31,491 nucleotides of DNA from positions 1-31,491 of the forward strand of contig SDNY01000035.1 in assembly GCA_004524535.1 (NCBI GenBank), written 5' to 3'. The notes under the pieces are model-generated. The model made no database searches, was not told the origin of the DNA, and worked only from the letters and a program-made list of their open reading frames with translations. Positions 27,388 to 31,491 of this stretch are shown piece by piece. Position 1 is the stretch's first letter. Each line of letters begins with the position of its first letter. The translations under genes and the position numbers were made by a program. The DNA is from Promethearchaeota archaeon (GTDB lineage Archaea > Asgardarchaeota > Lokiarchaeia > Sigyniarchaeales > SOKP01).

Positions 27388-28938
27388 ATGAAAAGAAAAG
27401 ATCTAACAGATATGAGTGCTCTCCTGGAGCATAACATAGCGAAACTTTCAAAAATCATTGAGATGCGGGATTTAGCTAGATCAATAATGAAAGACTTACC
27501 AGAACCAATTAATCTTGAAATACCTGATAATAATACTATATTTAATTGGGTGGAAGAAATATGTGAAACACCCCATCGTCGTCCGGGTACACCAGAAGGT
27601 CATCGCGCTGAGGATTACTTAGTAAAGAAATTAAAAGAGCTAGGTCTTGAAAATGTTACTAAAGATCCAATCGATATTACAGTATGGGAAGCTAATAATT
27701 GGAAACTTATTATCGAAGAAAACGGACAAACTAAGGAATTTCCTTGCTTTTATATTCCAAGAACAGGATTTACAGGTCCGGAGGGGATAACTGGAGAGTT
27801 GGTATATGTTGGTCAAGGGTTACCTGAAGATCTTGAAAATATTGATCTGAAAGGTAAGATTGCTGTAGTGGATATAATTTTCGCTGAATTTCCTACTGGT
27901 TTGACTATGAAATTAGATCCTAAATATGGTGGAGGGGGGTATTATTTCTCCGATCCTGATGATACTATGAAAAGAAAAGTAAAGCACAGATTAATTTTCG
28001 TTCGTAAAAATTTTCCGCGTGAGGTTCCTGGAGTTCATCCGGGTCCAAATTCTGCTTATCGTAATGTTCATGAGCGAGGAGCTTTAGCTATGATTGGAAT
28101 ACTTAGAAATCATCCAGGTAACACCAATACTTACTACGGTCCTTATGATAGAGTTATCAAACCAATGCCTGCATTATGGGTTGCTAAAAACGATGGAAGA
28201 ACATTTCGTGAAATAGCACAACGGAATTGTAAAGCAACTATTATTGTAGAAGGATATCAAAAGCCTGGGGTAACTCATAATGTTTGGGGTCTCCTTCCAG
28301 GAAAATCTGATGAAATTATATTAGTATCTTCTCATCACGACGCTCCTTTTAAAGGTGCTACAGAAGACGGTACAGGTATCGCAATGGTTTTAGCACAAAT
28401 TAAAGCCTGGTCGAAATTATCTAAAGAACAGCGGCCAAGAACTCTACTTTTTGTTTGCGACGCAGGTCATTTTTGGGAAGCTTGCGGTCCTGAATATTTG
28501 GTGAAGCATCATCCTGAATTAATTAAACGTGCTTTAGCTGACGTTAACTTAGAACATGTAGCAGCAAAAGATGTTGTTGATAAAAGAGGAGAATTTGTTT
28601 TTTCAGGAAATATGGCGTTTTCCCTTGTTTATACCACAAATAATGAATATCTTATCTCGACAGTAATTAGAGCTCTTGAAAAAAATAAACCTAAATGGGT
28701 CTCAGCGGTTCCTTTTGATGTAACAGGTTCAGTTGCAGCAGGAGATGGTGGAAGATATTATCAATATGGAGGATTAAATGTTGTAAATCTCATAGCAATG
28801 CCCTATTATCTTTTAACGGCAGAAGATACTTTAGATAAAGTTGATAAAGATGAACTTAAAACATACGCTTCATTCGCAGGAGATATAATAGGTACCTTAA
28901 TGTCAATTGATAAAGAGAACCTTAAAAAAATGAATTAG
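27388..28938 (+). CDS. M28-family peptidase with PA domain
   Basis: HRRPGTPEGHRAEDY, GITGELVYVGQG...DLKGKIAVV (PA domain), NVWGLLPG, SSHHD, GATEDGTG, NLEH. Confidence 0.8.
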   Translation: MKRKDLTDMSALLEHNIAKLSKIIEMRDLARSIMKDLPEPINLEIPDNNTIFNWVEEICETPHRRPGTPEGHRAEDYLVKKLKELGLENVTKDPIDITVWEANNWKLIIEENGQTKEFPCFYIPRTGFTGPEGITGELVYVGQGLPEDLENIDLKGKIAVVDIIFAEFPTGLTMKLDPKYGGGGYYFSDPDDTMKRKVKHRLIFVRKNFPREVPGVHPGPNSAYRNVHERGALAMIGILRNHPGNTNTYYGPYDRVIKPMPALWVAKNDGRTFREIAQRNCKATIIVEGYQKPGVTHNVWGLLPGKSDEIILVSSHHDAPFKGATEDGTGIAMVLAQIKAWSKLSKEQRPRTLLFVCDAGHFWEACGPEYLVKHHPELIKRALADVNLEHVAAKDVVDKRGEFVFSGNMAFSLVYTTNNEYLISTVIRALEKNKPKWVSAVPFDVTGSVAAGDGGRYYQYGGLNVVNLIAMPYYLLTAEDTLDKVDKDELKTYASFAGDIIGTLMSIDKENLKKMN

Positions 28939-28949
28939 GAATTTTTGAT

Positions 28950-29018
28950 AAAACCGTTGCTGATATTATAGGAACCCTTATGCAATTGGATGAAATACAA
29001 CTTTCATTAAATGAATAA
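28950..29018 (+). pseudogene. Relic C-terminal fragment of a homologous M28 peptidase
   Basis: Reads KTVADIIGTLMQLDEIQLSLNE*, matching SFAGDIIGTLMSIDKENLKKMN* of the upstream gene; differences within DIIGTLM are synonymous. Confidence 0.7.
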
Positions 29019-29055
29019 ATAAAAAAAAAGAATTAAAAATTTACTGAGATATTAT

Positions 29056-30093
29056 TTAATCTTCAGATTCCTTAGTATCCTTTTTTCTTTTACCATATGC
29101 TTTAATTCCATACAAACCAGCTAAAAAGAATAATACAACGAATAGTAATAGTCCAGCTATAGCATTGAAAGCAGCAATATTAATGTTTTCTATACCTCCC
29201 TTGGCGAATTCGTAAGCTGCTTTGGAAAAAAACAACCACATTAACACACCATCAGGTTTAATGAATTTAAGTTTTTCACTTAGAACTTCAGTTTTGGTTC
29301 CTATTATACTTGTAGTAGTATAAATTATTAATAAAACATCAAAAACATAGAGTGCTATTCGTGGTCCTATATCATAAGCAGTCCCACCATCAGATCTTAA
29401 GATGAAGAAGGCACTAATCATCAAATATAAGTAATATATGCATACAAAGAAAAAGAAAAGTCCTAGCCAAGCATTTAACTTGCCTCTTAATAGTGTTATA
29501 ATTCCTATGACTAATAGAAAGATCATAATAACCATCATAACAATAGCCATTCCTCTAAATGAAAATTGAACCTCTCCAGCTATTTTTCCCCAATATGTTC
29601 CAAGAATAACAATTATTAGCATTATTATGAGAGAAATAATAGCTCCTCCTAGAAACACACCCGCTCTCAAAATGGGTCTCCCTATCCCTCCAACTTTAAT
29701 GATTTTTTCATCTAAATCTATACTATAGTTATAACATGTATACATGTAGAATGTCGCAGTTATGAGCACATAGGAAATTATAGCTAGTGTGAATAAAAAT
29801 AAAAATAATACAGCAGCAATGTAAATAAAAATAATGACAATCACAGCAGCAATTACACAATAAATAATTGCTCTTTTAAAAGTCAGTTCTTTCAGATTCG
29901 CTCGAAAAATCAATGACATTATAAAGAGTATAGCGCACATCACTAATAATGGTACAAAGACAACGAATCCTATCCAAATTGGCATAAGGTCTTTAAATTG
30001 AAATATTGTGAATCCGATTAAGAGCCAAAGAAATAGTATAAGAAATAGTCTATATTGCTTTTCCAAAAAAAGCTTTTTAAGTTCTTTAAACAA
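29056..30093 (-). CDS. Polytopic membrane protein, paralog 2
   Basis: KLNAWLGLFF, DGVLMWLFFSKAAYE, ISYVLITATFYMY. Confidence 0.85.
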   Translation of the reverse strand: MFKELKKLFLEKQYRLFLILFLWLLIGFTIFQFKDLMPIWIGFVVFVPLLVMCAILFIMSLIFRANLKELTFKRAIIYCVIAAVIVIIFIYIAAVLFLFLFTLAIISYVLITATFYMYTCYNYSIDLDEKIIKVGGIGRPILRAGVFLGGAIISLIIMLIIVILGTYWGKIAGEVQFSFRGMAIVMMVIMIFLLVIGIITLLRGKLNAWLGLFFFFVCIYYLYLMISAFFILRSDGGTAYDIGPRIALYVFDVLLIIYTTTSIIGTKTEVLSEKLKFIKPDGVLMWLFFSKAAYEFAKGGIENINIAAFNAIAGLLLFVVLFFLAGLYGIKAYGKRKKDTKESED

Positions 30094-30242
30094 TTATCTA
30101 CACCAAATATTTTTTTAGTAAAAAATTAATAATACTATAATTATTTAAAATTTTTGGAGCTAAGATTAAGTACCAATAATAATGTATTAACAGAAATTTA
30201 AAAAAAAAGAGTTAAAGTTATTGAAATTTTATTCGATAATTC

Positions 30243-31280
30243 TTATACAGCCGATTCTCTTTCTTCCTTAATTTTACCGTAGTTTACTATTCCAATAATA
30301 CCAGCAATTATTAGTAATGGAATAAAAAGGAGGAATCCTAATACGCTATTCAATAGATCAGCAGCAATTCTAGGATCTGCGGCAGCAGCAAGTTCGTATG
30401 CTGCTTTGGAAAAGATCAGCCACATGATTATCGCATCTACTTTCATAATTTTTAGTGTTTCACTAATTTTTTCTGATTTTTCTCCTATAATTGTTGATAT
30501 TGTGTATATTATCAATCCTAAATCAAATAGATATAGTCCAATTTGCAGCCATAAATCAGAAGTTGTATTCCCGCTAGAGCCTAATGCATAATAAGCACTA
30601 AACATAAGGTAAATTGCTAATAATGTTACAAGTAGAAAGAATACACCGAGCCAAGCATTCAATCGCTTAATAATTAGAGTTAAAATGCCTATTACTGCTA
30701 AAACTACCATTATAACCATGATTATAATCCCAACCAAACCGAGGCCATCTACTACTTTAGGAGATCTTCTAGCCCAATTTATTCCAACTATAGCAACAAT
30801 ACGTATTATAAATATCGAAAGAAGAGTTCCTCCAATGAACATAATCCACCTTAAAATATGGTTCTTTGGTTCCTCCAAGCTATAAGCTTTTTCGTCTGCT
30901 TTAAATGCATATTTGTAGCAAGCATACATGTAAAATATTGCTGTGATTAAAATATAGGAAATGATTCCAAATCGATAAAGGAAACGTACAATGAATCTCC
31001 AAATGCCGGTAAATAAAAAAACAATAGTAACCGCTATACCTACTGCCAATAATAGCAATTTCCAGTTTAATTCTCTTAAATCTTTTCGGGTAACCAGAGA
31101 TATAACGAAAAATCCAACACAAAAACCTAAAAGTGGTCGGAAAATAGCCAGTGCTATTTCATAAGAAAAAAACTCTATAAATGAAAATAGCGTAAATCCA
31201 ATTATCAACCAGATAGTTAAGATTAAAATCAGCAGATTTTCTTTTTTCAAAAACAACGCTTTCAAATCTTCAATTACCAT
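30243..31280 (-). CDS. Polytopic membrane protein, paralog 3
   Basis: RLNAWLGVFF, DAIIMWLIFSKAAYE, ISYILITAIFYMY. Confidence 0.85.
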   Translation of the reverse strand: MVIEDLKALFLKKENLLILILTIWLIIGFTLFSFIEFFSYEIALAIFRPLLGFCVGFFVISLVTRKDLRELNWKLLLLAVGIAVTIVFLFTGIWRFIVRFLYRFGIISYILITAIFYMYACYKYAFKADEKAYSLEEPKNHILRWIMFIGGTLLSIFIIRIVAIVGINWARRSPKVVDGLGLVGIIIMVIMVVLAVIGILTLIIKRLNAWLGVFFLLVTLLAIYLMFSAYYALGSSGNTTSDLWLQIGLYLFDLGLIIYTISTIIGEKSEKISETLKIMKVDAIIMWLIFSKAAYELAAAADPRIAADLLNSVLGFLLFIPLLIIAGIIGIVNYGKIKEERESAV

Positions 31281-31491
31281 ATTAAAAAACCTTTTATAGT
31301 ATTGATAAAATTAATTAATTCTAAGATTATTTAAACCTTATTTTTTTCCTATTCTTAAATAAATAATTATAAGCAATTGATCCTTATTTCAATTTTATAA
31401 GTATAAATTCTAAATTATTAGAGATTATATAAATAATGCCCATTTTAAATAGATCAAAAATTCGACCAGATGTGCTCAAACTCTACGATGA

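Noticed and set aside
1-31491. tRNA, rRNA, CRISPR array, transposase or integrase; splicing endonuclease or RtcB genes
   Set aside because: None recognised in this window, so the proposed splicing enzymes would have to be encoded elsewhere.

Overview
AT-rich prokaryotic window, most likely from an Asgard archaeon (Lokiarchaeia-like). This is inferred from an MglA/Arf-like small GTPase, a Roadblock/LC7 protein, a Vps29/YfcE-like phosphoesterase, CofE, DUF123, bacterial-type gyrase and many beta-oxidation genes; it was not verified by a search. Left to right: degenerate CHAT-like and PLD-like genes, an N6-adenine DNA methyltransferase whose 3' end is duplicated around a two-gene islet, a small GTPase, gyrBA, folP/cofE, gatAB, a Roadblock protein, acyl-CoA metabolism genes, and three paralogous membrane proteins interrupted by an M28 peptidase. 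Main result: two conserved protein-coding genes are interrupted by three insertions of exactly 30 nt, each with in-frame stops (6214-6243 and 6346-6375 in the GTPase; 12274-12303 in gyrB). Each folds into an archaeal bulge-helix-bulge (BHB) motif, and the canonical cut sites match the boundaries that restore the conserved protein motifs. These look like tRNA-endonuclease-type mRNA introns. All folding and alignment was done by hand.
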